Assembly: GCA_028698995.1 (NCBI GenBank)
Contig: JAQVVM010000011.1
Location: 19,243-83,242, forward strand
DNA length: 64,000 nt
Direction: 5' to 3'
From: Bacteroidales bacterium
Lineage (GTDB): Bacteria > Bacteroidota > Bacteroidia > Bacteroidales > PXBB01
The notes below the pieces were generated by a model, which ran no database searches, had not been told where the DNA came from, and worked only from the letters and a program-made list of their open reading frames with translations. Of this stretch, positions 48,565 through 57,700 are shown piece by piece (position 1 is the stretch's first letter; every line of letters begins with the position of its first letter). Both the position numbers and the translations under genes were made by a program.

Positions 48565-49554
48565 ATGAAGCCTCAAAACATATTGCTATTCAATACGGAC
48601 GATAAAAAGGTTCATATTGCCGTAACCTTCAAAGAAGGTACCTTCTGGCTAACGCAAAAAACTATGGCTGAGCTTTTTCAGGTAAAAATCCCTGCCATAA
48701 GCAAGCATTTGAGAAACATTTTTGAAACCGGCGAACTAGAAGAAAATGCAACTGTTTCCAAAATGGAAATAGTTCAAAAAGAAGGTAAACGTGATGTAGG
48801 GCGCATTGTTGATTTTTATCGTCTGGAGGTAGTTTTGGCTGTTGGATACAGAGTTAATTCTGCACAGGCCACACAATTCCGTAAATGGGCTACCCAAACT
48901 TTAAATGAGTTTATTATTAAAGGGTTTGTTATGGATGATGAGCGCCTTAAACACGGAAAGAACTACGGTCGGGATTATTTTGATGAATTACTGGAGCGTA
49001 TCCGCGAAATTAGAGCCAGTGAAAGAAGATTTTATCAGAAAATAACAGATTTGTATGCTTTAAGTACCGATTACGATAAAGACAGCAAACAAACAAAAGA
49101 CTTTTTTGCTACAGTACAAAATAAACTTCATTGGGCTATTTCAGGCAAAACAGCCGCTGAGATAATCTATTCCGAAGCCGATGCCACAAAGCTATTTATG
49201 GGCTTAAAGACATGGAAAGACGCTCCCGATGGTAAGATATTAAAAAGCGATGTTACTGTTGCCAAAAATTACCTGTCGCATCAACACATTAAAGAGCTAA
49301 ACAGGATTGTGTCTGCATACCTCGATTTAGCCGAAAACAATGCCCAAAGAGGAGTAGCATTTTCGATGACCCAATGGGAAAAGTTCCTGATTGGTTTTCT
49401 TGAGCTTTCAAACTACCCCATTTTAAAAGATAAAGGAAAAGTTTCTATGATAGAAGCCAAAATTAAAGCCGAACAGGAATTTGACAAATTCAGGGTTATT
49501 CAGGATATTAATTACGAAAGCGATTTTGACAAAGAAATTAAAAAACTTAAGTAG
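48565..49554 (+). CDS. RhuM-family protein (N-terminal DNA-binding-like domain + RhuM core)
   Basis: FNTDDKKVHIAVTFKEGTFWLTQKTMAELFQV....ISKHLRNIFETGEL...VGYRVNS.QATQFRKWAT..L.EF..KGF.MDDERLK...YFDELLERIREIRASERRFYQKITD matches my recollection of the Virulence_RhuM family. Confidence 0.75.
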   Translation: MKPQNILLFNTDDKKVHIAVTFKEGTFWLTQKTMAELFQVKIPAISKHLRNIFETGELEENATVSKMEIVQKEGKRDVGRIVDFYRLEVVLAVGYRVNSAQATQFRKWATQTLNEFIIKGFVMDDERLKHGKNYGRDYFDELLERIREIRASERRFYQKITDLYALSTDYDKDSKQTKDFFATVQNKLHWAISGKTAAEIIYSEADATKLFMGLKTWKDAPDGKILKSDVTVAKNYLSHQHIKELNRIVSAYLDLAENNAQRGVAFSMTQWEKFLIGFLELSNYPILKDKGKVSMIEAKIKAEQEFDKFRVIQDINYESDFDKEIKKLK

Positions 49555-49719
49555 TTGTAAATGAAATCCTTCAACACCAAGATCGACTCCAAATATTTCA
49601 GTAGATTCCAATTTAGCTTTTTCAGTTTATAAGCAATTACATCAACATACATATATTTAAATATATATAATACCTAAAAGTTCTTAAAATATTTAAAGAA
49701 TTAAACATGTCTGATTTTA

Positions 49720-50478
49720 ATGCGTAATTTTGTAAAAAAAATTATGAAATATCTAATACTAATTTTAATTCCCCTATACTTTCTTTTATTTTCTTCTTGT
49801 AAAAAAGAAACCCCACCGGTTGACGATAATGAGGATGATGATAACATAACCCAGCCCTTACCAACAAATGTAAACGATGGTGATTTTGAAAACTGGGAGG
49901 CTTTTACCTCCGGTAATAATACTTATGAGGAACCTAAGAGCGGATGGTGGGCAACACTTAATGTGCTGAGTAATTTAGGTGCTCCCAAAACTGCAATTAA
50001 AACATCAGATGCCCACACCGGAAAATATGCTGCTAAACTTGTTACAAGTCAATGGGGAGAACTTACGCTTCCGGGGATATTATTATCAGGTGTTTTCGAT
50101 TTTAATGCGCCAAACATGATTATTGAAGGTAAACCTTTTACAGATAAACCCCTGACATTCAAGGGGTTTTATAAATATACTTCTGTTAATGGGGATTCAG
50201 GTGCCATTTATGCAAATATTACCAAATATGATTTCCAAGCAGTGAAAAGAGATACAATTGCTGAAGCACGCTTTCCTGTTTACAATACCATCAGCACATA
50301 TACTCCTTTCGAAGTTGATTTGAATTATTTAATGACTGATGTTACTCCTGATTCTTTGAGTATTGTTTTTGCTTCAAGTGCTGATGGAGGCAATTTTAAC
50401 GGCTCCATTGGAAGTACATTATTTATTGATGATGTTTCTCTAATACTTCAGAGTAAAAAAAAATTGAAACTACTATAA
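49720..50478 (+). CDS. PCMD-domain (putative carbohydrate metabolism domain) lipoprotein
   Basis: Lipobox LLFSSCKK and an acidic linker. DGDFENWE...GWWATLN...SDAHTGKYAAKLVT....LPGILLSGVF......GKPFTDKPLTFKGFYKY....DSGAIY fits the PCMD pattern. The true start may be the ATG at 49744. Confidence 0.65.
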   Translation: MRNFVKKIMKYLILILIPLYFLLFSSCKKETPPVDDNEDDDNITQPLPTNVNDGDFENWEAFTSGNNTYEEPKSGWWATLNVLSNLGAPKTAIKTSDAHTGKYAAKLVTSQWGELTLPGILLSGVFDFNAPNMIIEGKPFTDKPLTFKGFYKYTSVNGDSGAIYANITKYDFQAVKRDTIAEARFPVYNTISTYTPFEVDLNYLMTDVTPDSLSIVFASSADGGNFNGSIGSTLFIDDVSLILQSKKKLKLL

Positions 50479-51234
50479 ATGAGAAGAAATTTATTTAATT
50501 TTTTTGCAAAAATTTTTATTGCGCTTCTTGTTTTTAACATAATGAATTGTGTTGAAATATATTCTCAGAAAAAGGAAACAGCATTTTATTTGGGCACTGT
50601 TCTAGGAGGACCAACACCTAATCAAATAAGTGAAAATTCAAGTGCTTCTTTCAAAGCAGGTATTAATACAGCTTTTACACATACCTTTTTCAAGCACAAT
50701 CAATTTTCTTTTGATGCTGAATTTGGTTTTGAATTTATTTCATTGGGATATGTTGACAAAATTAAAAAGGATACGACCGTAAATGTAGATATTCATCTTC
50801 AAAATGGCACAGTGATAACCACGCCTATCAATACCTATTATAAGACAGATGTTAATGGTGATATGAAATTAAATTTTTTTAAAGTGGCATGTTTTTTAAA
50901 TTATGATATTAAAAAATTTACTTTAGGCATAGGACCAAATCTATTTTTCCATTCTGGAGGATACGATAAAGGCCAGGTACATGTTACTGTTGGTGAGGGT
51001 GGCATTGAAGGACTAGATCAGTTGGATTTGCAATATAATAATTCTTCTTCAATTAACAGATACAGCCTCATGTTGGCATTCAGGGTAGAACGTCAGGTTT
51101 ATAAGAAATTATGCCTTTTCCTTCAGGTTAACAGGGCTCTGACTCCCTTTTATGAAAGGGATTTGGTTATTAATGGTTACAATGATAAGTTTTTCCTTAC
51201 GACCGCAAGTTTTGCCTTAAAATACACCTTATAG
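50479..51234 (+). CDS. Predicted outer-membrane beta-barrel protein
   Basis: Signal peptide, then alternating hydrophobic beta-strand pattern throughout. The ATG directly abuts the stop of the PCMD gene (TAAATG). Confidence 0.5.
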   Translation: MRRNLFNFFAKIFIALLVFNIMNCVEIYSQKKETAFYLGTVLGGPTPNQISENSSASFKAGINTAFTHTFFKHNQFSFDAEFGFEFISLGYVDKIKKDTTVNVDIHLQNGTVITTPINTYYKTDVNGDMKLNFFKVACFLNYDIKKFTLGIGPNLFFHSGGYDKGQVHVTVGEGGIEGLDQLDLQYNNSSSINRYSLMLAFRVERQVYKKLCLFLQVNRALTPFYERDLVINGYNDKFFLTTASFALKYTL

Positions 51235-52851
51235 CTTTTTGCTTCTGTTGATTATGAGATTTGTTATTGTATAAAATGCCATCAATAAGCTGAGAAAACT
51301 CAATATGCGACCAATGTAATCTCCGGCATAAGAATAAAAGGTTATTTTTTCATTGGCATTGATACTTTGTTTAATAACATCAGGTGTCCACCATTCGGTT
51401 TTTTGAAGCATATCTCCCCTCTGGTTAATAAATGCAGAAATCCCTGTATTTGCTGAACGTGCAACAGAACGGCGATTTTCAATGGCTCGGAGTCGTGCAT
51501 ATTCCAAATGTTGTTTATACCCTGGCGTATCTTCCCACCAGCCGTCATTGGTTAAAATGAAAATAAGTTGGGCTCCGTTCCTTACATAACCCGTTACAAA
51601 ATCACCATAAATGGATTCATAACATATTACAGGACCTACTTTAATACCATTGTGGTTTTCAAAAACACTGCGCTCTTTTTGAGTGCCATGAGTGCCAACC
51701 ATACCACCAAGGTTGATGGCAAATTTTTCAAGAAAACCAAAAATCTGAGGGTAAGGCATCTTTTCTACACCAGGCACCAATTTAGATTTATGATAATATG
51801 AAATCTTTTCTGTTGAATCAATAAAAACAGCAGAATTATAAATATCGTAATAGCCGTTATAATTATTAAGTTTTCGTGAGGTAACACTACGTTCATCATT
51901 CATTTCATACAATTCATACATACTGGCCCCTGTAACTACACTTAGCTGTGGATAGCGCTCAATAAGCTTCCTAAACCTTCTTATTGCAGGATTGGAATCA
52001 AACTCATCCATCCATAATCCACTTATTGAGGTTTCAGGTGTAATAACAAAATCAGTAGAATCATTCGTCTTTTGACTTGCTAGGCTAATCATAAGCTCAA
52101 CTTGTTCAATACCCGACATGCCGTCAAATTTCTCATTGTATGGATCAATATTAGGTTGAACAGCTACCACTTGAACAGGATTTGGTGTTTCTTTGTAGTT
52201 ATAATATGTTATTATTGAAAAAATAATTGGCGCAAAAATGATGAGTATTATTCCGGTTAGGTTAATAATTAACTTTCTCTTTGTTATTGTTCCTTCTAAA
52301 AATAATTTAATGAATTGGTATATAAGTATGTTCGTAAGTAAAATCCAGACTGAACCACCTAATACACCTGTATATTCATACCATTGAATAAACTTGTAAT
52401 AATTTGCAAAACCATTACCAAGGTTCATCCACGACCACGTCAGATCCCAGTTCATGTGTAGAAATTCAAATGTAACCCAATAACTTATTAGTACAATATA
52501 CCCGTAGTTTTTTTTGAAAAATAGTCCTTTATAAATATGTCTGCGTGTGATGTGAAAAAAATAAAAAAATATAGCCATAAAAAGGCTGTTAAATACGATG
52601 GCCATCACAGCACCAAAAAATGTGGAATAATATATCCAATAAGTTGTAAGTATATTCCAGATAAAAAAGTTTGAATAGGCAAAAATGAAAACACCTATAG
52701 GTCTTTTTCTGTTTCGATAATAATAATCCTCAATAAATAATAATGGAACTAACGCAAATAAAAGAATAAATGAGAACCCTCCTGATGGCCAGCCTATGCT
52801 TAACAATAATCCTGAGGCGATAGCGAAAAAAAATTTATGGTATAGCTTCAT
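51229..52851 (-). CDS. lnt: Apolipoprotein N-acyltransferase
   Basis: N-terminal multi-pass membrane region plus a CN-hydrolase domain (VVAVQPNIDPYNEKF, ITPETS, GPVICYESIYGDFV). The track start at 52875 is a TTG; the ATG at 52851 (MKLYHKFFFAIASG) is more likely. Confidence 0.9.
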   Translation of the reverse strand: MKLYHKFFFAIASGLLLSIGWPSGGFSFILLFALVPLLFIEDYYYRNRKRPIGVFIFAYSNFFIWNILTTYWIYYSTFFGAVMAIVFNSLFMAIFFYFFHITRRHIYKGLFFKKNYGYIVLISYWVTFEFLHMNWDLTWSWMNLGNGFANYYKFIQWYEYTGVLGGSVWILLTNILIYQFIKLFLEGTITKRKLIINLTGIILIIFAPIIFSIITYYNYKETPNPVQVVAVQPNIDPYNEKFDGMSGIEQVELMISLASQKTNDSTDFVITPETSISGLWMDEFDSNPAIRRFRKLIERYPQLSVVTGASMYELYEMNDERSVTSRKLNNYNGYYDIYNSAVFIDSTEKISYYHKSKLVPGVEKMPYPQIFGFLEKFAINLGGMVGTHGTQKERSVFENHNGIKVGPVICYESIYGDFVTGYVRNGAQLIFILTNDGWWEDTPGYKQHLEYARLRAIENRRSVARSANTGISAFINQRGDMLQKTEWWTPDVIKQSINANEKITFYSYAGDYIGRILSFLSLLMAFYTITNLIINRSKKL

Positions 52852-52926
52852 AAAACAAGAATTTGTTGATGACAAAACTACAATAATTTATAATAATGAA
52901 GCGCTTCAAGTGTTAGGGAAAATAAT

Positions 52927-53598
52927 TCATCCCCTTACACCCAGTAAAGCTTTTGCTATAACGATGTCAGCAGGAGTTGTAATTTTAATATTCTCGTCAT
53001 TACCTTCAATACAATGTATGTTGTATCCGGCAGCTTCAGCAATGGAAGCATCATCAGTCAGAGTTTCATTATAATCCGACTCGTATGCTTTAGCAATTAT
53101 CTCATATCTGAAGCATTGAGGCGTTTGTACAATCCTGTAATTACTTCGCACAAGTGGTTTTGACTTTGGTCCATCAATTTTCCTGAGTGAATCTTTTATG
53201 GGCATAACAGGAACTGCTGCACCGTAATTTTCTGCAGCTTCGAGACAACGCAATATGGTGTGACTGCTCACTAATGGTCTCACTCCATCATGAATTGCAA
53301 CAATACAATCTTTTTGAACACAGGAAAGACCGTTTTTTACCGATTGAAATCTTGTCTCACCTCCGCTAATAACCTGATGTGAAATATTAAATTTGAAATT
53401 ACGACAAAGATTATCCCACAAGTCATTATATTCTTTTGGCAATACCAAAGTAATAGGTGTGTTTGCAAGCGTGTTCTTGAATATTTTTAATGTGTGCATA
53501 AGCATTGGAGTACCGTTTATTTCTATAAACTGCTTGGGAATATCTGTGTGCATCCTTTCCCCTTTGCCTCCTGCAACAATGATAATATGGGCTTTCAA
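52927..53598 (-). CDS. ispD: 2-C-methyl-D-erythritol 4-phosphate cytidylyltransferase
   Basis: IIVAGGKGERM...PKQF.EINGTPML.HTL and VAIHDGVRPLVS motifs. The apparent start is a TTG, 2 nt after the queA stop. Confidence 0.9.
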   Translation of the reverse strand: MKAHIIIVAGGKGERMHTDIPKQFIEINGTPMLMHTLKIFKNTLANTPITLVLPKEYNDLWDNLCRNFKFNISHQVISGGETRFQSVKNGLSCVQKDCIVAIHDGVRPLVSSHTILRCLEAAENYGAAVPVMPIKDSLRKIDGPKSKPLVRSNYRIVQTPQCFRYEIIAKAYESDYNETLTDDASIAEAAGYNIHCIEGNDENIKITTPADIVIAKALLGVRG

Positions 53599-53600
53599 GT

Positions 53601-54650
53601 TTATAAAATTAACATGGCATCACCATAGGTGAAAAAACCGTACTTTTGTGCAATTGCCTCTTTATAGGCCTTGTGCAAGAACTCCTCACCTGCAAATGCT
53701 GCTGTGGCTATCATCATTGATGATTGAGGTAAATGAAAGTTGGTAACAAGTGCATTGGCCAACCTGAAATCATAGGGACTAAAGATAAATTTGTTCGTCC
53801 ATCCACTATAACTTTTCAAATGCCCTGAAATAGTAACACAAGATTCTAATGTTTTTAATGAAGTTGTCCCTATGGCACATATCTTTTTCTTGTTGTTTTT
53901 AGCTTCGTTAACAATTTCAACGGTGCTTTCATCAACATTAATTTCCTCAGAGTCGGTCTTATGTTTGCTTAAGTCCTCAACTTCGATGGCCCGAAAATTA
54001 CCCAAACCTGTATGTAATGTAATTTCACTAAAATTAATACCTTTGATTTTCATAAGCTTCATAAGCTCAATACTGAAATGTAAACCTGCAGTAGGAGTTG
54101 CTACACCACCTTCTTTTTTTGCAAAGATTGTCTGATACCTGTCCGCATCTTCCGGCTCGACCGGCCTTTTTATGAGCTTTGGAAGCGGTGTTTCTCCTTG
54201 CCCGTAAATTATATTTTTGAATTCTTGATGTGGTCCGTCATATAAAAACCTAAGGGTTCTTCCACGAGAGGTTGTATTGTCAATAACTTCGGCAACAAGC
54301 TGATCATTATCACCAAAATACAATTTATTGCCTATTCTTATTTTTCTCGCTGGATCAACTAAAACATCCCACAGTTTGGTTTCTTTATTGAGTTCTCTTA
54401 ATAAAAAGACCTCAATTTTTGCTCCTGTCTTTTCTTTTGTGCCATAAATACGTGCAGGAAAAATTTTTGTGTTATTCACAACCATGACATCGCCATCATC
54501 AAAGTAATCAATGATATCCTTAAAAAGTTTATGTTCGATTGTTTGGGTTTTTCTGTGTAAAACCATAAGTTTTGCTTCATCTCGTTTTTTTGCCGGATAT
54601 TGAGAAATTAAATCCGGAGTTAAACTAAATCTGAAATCTGATAATTTCAT
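53601..54650 (-). CDS. queA: S-adenosylmethionine:tRNA ribosyltransferase-isomerase
   Basis: [31 protein letters not shown]......[24 protein letters not shown] and the C-terminal [10 protein letters not shown]. Confidence 0.95.
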   Translation of the reverse strand: MKLSDFRFSLTPDLISQYPAKKRDEAKLMVLHRKTQTIEHKLFKDIIDYFDDGDVMVVNNTKIFPARIYGTKEKTGAKIEVFLLRELNKETKLWDVLVDPARKIRIGNKLYFGDNDQLVAEVIDNTTSRGRTLRFLYDGPHQEFKNIIYGQGETPLPKLIKRPVEPEDADRYQTIFAKKEGGVATPTAGLHFSIELMKLMKIKGINFSEITLHTGLGNFRAIEVEDLSKHKTDSEEINVDESTVEIVNEAKNNKKKICAIGTTSLKTLESCVTISGHLKSYSGWTNKFIFSPYDFRLANALVTNFHLPQSSMMIATAAFAGEEFLHKAYKEAIAQKYGFFTYGDAMLIL

Positions 54651-54685
54651 AGAGTATATTATATAAATTTATATTATTGGGTTTG

Positions 54686-54693
54686 CAAAATTA
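54686..54693 (-). promoter_or_regulatory. Possible -7 element TAATTTTG upstream of queA
   Basis: The plus strand reads CAAAATTA, 36 nt upstream of the queA ATG. No convincing -33 TTTG is found at 19-21 nt. Confidence 0.3.
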
Positions 54694-54751
54694 ATACATC
54701 AGAATACCGAAGTCAATAGTTTTTCAATATTTTTTTGATATTTAACTAAAT

Positions 54752-55465
54752 TTAGCCAAAATTATTTTTCCTTAAAGGAAAAAGACTTTCAAAATCACTA
54801 AGGTTGATGGCATCCTTTAATTCAAAATTACCAATGCGCGTACGACAGAGCTCTGCTAAATAAGCTCCACTGTTAAGTGACTTACCAAAATCACGTGCGA
54901 GGGAACGTATATAGGTTCCTTTACTACAAACTACCCTGAAAGAAATATAGGGCAATTCAATGTTGGTTATTTCAAAAACTGAAATTGTTACGGTATTTGC
55001 AGGTAGCGTAATTTCTTTCCCACTTCTAGCAAACTCATAAGCACGTTCTCCTCCTATCTTTTTAGCTGAAAAAATGGGTGGTACCTGCATTATTTCTCCC
55101 GTAAATTGAGATGTTGATTTTTTTATAAAATCCTCATTTAAATGAGAAGTAGGAAATTCAAAGTCAACTTCTGTCTCCAAATCAAATGAGGGTGTTGTCG
55201 CACCAAGAAAAAATTTCCCGGTATATTCTTTTTCTTGAGCTTGATAACTTTCTATCTTCTTTGTGTAAGCACCACTGCACAATATTAATAATCCACTTGC
55301 CAGTGGGTCCAAAGTCCCTGCATGTCCTATCTTTATTTTTTTAATCCCCAGATTATATTTTATAAGACAACGTATTTTGTTAATAACATCAAAAGATGTC
55401 CACTTATAGGGCTTGTTTATCAGTAAAACTTCGCCCTCTAAAAAATTAAATTCTTCTATGTTCAT
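54752..55465 (-). CDS. truB: tRNA pseudouridine(55) synthase
   Basis: GHAGTLDPLASGLLIL catalytic-Asp motif. Length and architecture are typical. Confidence 0.95.
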   Translation of the reverse strand: MNIEEFNFLEGEVLLINKPYKWTSFDVINKIRCLIKYNLGIKKIKIGHAGTLDPLASGLLILCSGAYTKKIESYQAQEKEYTGKFFLGATTPSFDLETEVDFEFPTSHLNEDFIKKSTSQFTGEIMQVPPIFSAKKIGGERAYEFARSGKEITLPANTVTISVFEITNIELPYISFRVVCSKGTYIRSLARDFGKSLNSGAYLAELCRTRIGNFELKDAINLSDFESLFPLRKNNFG

Positions 55466-55467
55466 AG

Positions 55468-56247
55468 TTAAGATATCGACAAATCAACGCCCAGAAAGTA
55501 AAGCAGCAAAATCAATAAACCAACAAATATTCTGTAATAGCCAAAAAATCTAAAACCATATTTGTTCAAAAAACTGATAAAGAACTTAATAGCAAGCATG
55601 GCAATTATAAAAGCTACAACATTGCCAAAAAGAAGTAAACCTAAATTGTCACCCGTAAATACATGATAGTTCTTTACCAACTTATAACCAGAAGCAGCAA
55701 ACATGGTAGGTACAGCTAAAAAAAATGAAAATTCAGCAGCAGTTTTACGTGTAAGTTTTTGAGTCATACCACCTATGATGGTTGCCGCCGAACGCGAAAC
55801 ACCAGGTATCATGGCAATAACTTGAAAAAATCCTATAACAAGAGCTTTGCGATAGGTAACATCTTGATTTTCGGATACTTTATTAAACCATCTATCAACG
55901 AAAATTAACACAATGCCACCTAACACAAGCATTATGGCAACAACATAAACATTTTCAAGTAAAGCATCAATATAATCACCTAAAAGCAAACCAAAAAAGG
56001 CTGCAGGCAAAAAGGCTATAAATAGTTTGTAATAAAAACTGAGCGTCTGGAAAAACCTTTTCCAATATAAAACAACGACTGATAAAATGGCACCAAACTG
56101 AATATTTACTATAAAGGCTTGAACAAACTCATCGCTTTTCATGCCCATAATGCCTTCTGCCAAAATCATATGACCAGTTGACGAAACTGGTAGAAATTCT
56201 GTAATACCCTCAACAATGGCTAAAATTAATGCTTCTAATACTGTCAT
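55468..56247 (-). CDS. uppP: Undecaprenyl-diphosphate phosphatase
   Basis: [17 protein letters not shown] and the [10 protein letters not shown] motifs (BacA family). Confidence 0.95.
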   Translation of the reverse strand: MTVLEALILAIVEGITEFLPVSSTGHMILAEGIMGMKSDEFVQAFIVNIQFGAILSVVVLYWKRFFQTLSFYYKLFIAFLPAAFFGLLLGDYIDALLENVYVVAIMLVLGGIVLIFVDRWFNKVSENQDVTYRKALVIGFFQVIAMIPGVSRSAATIIGGMTQKLTRKTAAEFSFFLAVPTMFAASGYKLVKNYHVFTGDNLGLLLFGNVVAFIIAMLAIKFFISFLNKYGFRFFGYYRIFVGLLILLLYFLGVDLSIS

Positions 56248-56253
56248 TAATTC

Positions 56254-56580
56254 TTACTCTTCTGTTTCGCTTTGTTTTACCTTTTTGGGCAACTTCATAA
56301 TAGCATATATTTCAAGCCCATAACCAAGTAAAACAATTATTGGAGCCAATGTTATTCTTCTGAAACTAAACAATTCATTACTGAATTCATTAGGGTTGTC
56401 AGTGCCACCTCCAATCATCAGCATAAAACCAATGAAAATAAGTCCCAGTCCAATCAACATTAATATATATTTCTCACGATTAAAAACAAAATCAACTTTA
56501 CTTTTTGAATCCTTAAGTTTCTTAACTTGTGATACATCTTGTTTCAAAGTTACACCTTCTGGTACAGTTTTTTTTGCCAT
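56254..56580 (-). CDS. DUF3098-family small membrane protein
   Basis: MAKKT...FNREKYILMLIGLGLIFIGFMLMIGG...FSFRRITLAPIIVLLGYGLEIYAI gives two TM helices. The position between ftsX and uppP is conserved. The ATG at 56580 avoids overlap with ftsX; the longer track ORF to 56658 is rejected. Confidence 0.75.
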   Translation of the reverse strand: MAKKTVPEGVTLKQDVSQVKKLKDSKSKVDFVFNREKYILMLIGLGLIFIGFMLMIGGGTDNPNEFSNELFSFRRITLAPIIVLLGYGLEIYAIMKLPKKVKQSETEE

Positions 56581-56588
56581 AGTTTGTT

Positions 56589-57467
56589 TTAATAAAAATA
56601 TAAATAATCTGTTTTTATACGAAGATATTTTCTTACTGCAAAAAAAGTAGAAACCCACGTTATAATGAATCCCAAAATAATCACAAATCCAAATAATATG
56701 AGAAACATATCAATGTCTTGTAAATCAACAAGTTCTGGAAGTTCATTTTGAGCCCAATAGAGACTGGCTGCAAGAAAACCAATTGTTAAAAAGGATGATA
56801 CAATTCCTTGTGTGACACCTTTTATAATAAAAGGCTTTCTAATAAATGACTGTGTCGCTCCCACAAGTTGCATACTCTTGATTATGAATCGTTTAGAATA
56901 TACTGCCAGTCTTATTGTATTGTTGATAAGTGCAATAGCTATAAATAAAAACAAAGCACTGATGGCTAATAAAAGGGCACTTACTTTTCTGATGTTTTCG
57001 TTTACAAGATGAACAAGTGATTTTTGATATAAAACCTCCTTGATATTTTCGTCTTCAAGTAATCTTTGCTCAATTACCATCAAGCTGTCGTTATTTGCAT
57101 AAAGTGCATTAAGTTTTACTTCTATTGACGGCAATAAAGGATTGTATCCAAGAAATGAAATAAAGTCTTCTCCAAGATCATTTTGCAAGTCTTCAGCAGC
57201 TTGTTCCTTGGTAATATATTCTGTGAGTTTTACAAATTCTGCAGCATCTAAACTTTTTTGCAACTGCAAAATGTCTGCTTCTTTAACATCATCTTTCATA
57301 ATGATTGAAAAGCCAATATTTTCTTTTACATAATCAGATATCTTTTGAGCATGTAAAATAATTAAACCAAGCAACCCCATCATGTATAAAACCAATGTAA
57401 TGCCTATTATGGTAGATAAATAGGAGGTTTGCAATCTTCGTTTATTGTATCTGGGTTCTTTACTCAT
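56589..57467 (-). CDS. ftsX: Cell-division ABC-transporter permease-like protein FtsX
   Basis: Four-TM FtsX topology with a periplasmic loop after TM1. The N-terminus RRLQTSYLSTIIGITLVLYMMGLLGLI is typical. Confidence 0.85.
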   Translation of the reverse strand: MSKEPRYNKRRLQTSYLSTIIGITLVLYMMGLLGLIILHAQKISDYVKENIGFSIIMKDDVKEADILQLQKSLDAAEFVKLTEYITKEQAAEDLQNDLGEDFISFLGYNPLLPSIEVKLNALYANNDSLMVIEQRLLEDENIKEVLYQKSLVHLVNENIRKVSALLLAISALFLFIAIALINNTIRLAVYSKRFIIKSMQLVGATQSFIRKPFIIKGVTQGIVSSFLTIGFLAASLYWAQNELPELVDLQDIDMFLILFGFVIILGFIITWVSTFFAVRKYLRIKTDYLYFY

Positions 57468-57668
57468 TACTAAAAATTTTCAAACTGCTAAGGTAAAAAT
57501 ATTTTTAGTATCTCATCTGTATTATTTTTAAAATTGAAAAATATTTTGAACCAACTCTTTCAATATACTCATTATTCAATCTGAAATATTTGAAATAATT
57601 ACTATAATAGCTGCAAACGTTTTCAAAAATAGTTTTGGAATCAAGTCCGAAAGTTAGATGATTATGAT

Positions 57669-57676
57669 TATTTTTG
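57669..57676 (+). promoter_or_regulatory. Possible -7 element TATTTTTG upstream of leuS
   Basis: It ends 24 nt upstream of the leuS ATG. No -33 TTTG is found at canonical spacing. Confidence 0.35.
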
Positions 57677-57700
57677 CACCATAAAAATTGAATTTGAGAA

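Noticed and set aside
49423-49611. 62-aa minus-strand ORF overlapping the 3' end of the RhuM gene
   Set aside because: Most of it is antisense to a well-supported gene. Only the first ~19 codons lie in the spacer, so it cannot be supported as a gene.
52852-52875. TTG-initiated 8-codon extension of lnt
   Set aside because: The in-frame ATG at 52851 gives a typical Lnt N-terminus that enters the first TM helix directly. The TTG start is unsupported.
56581-56658. 5' extension of the DUF3098 ORF, and the plus-strand ORF 56396..56650
   Set aside because: The extension overlaps the ftsX 3' end. The internal ATG at 56580 gives the typical DUF3098 N-terminus (MAKKT...). The plus-strand ORF is antisense noise.
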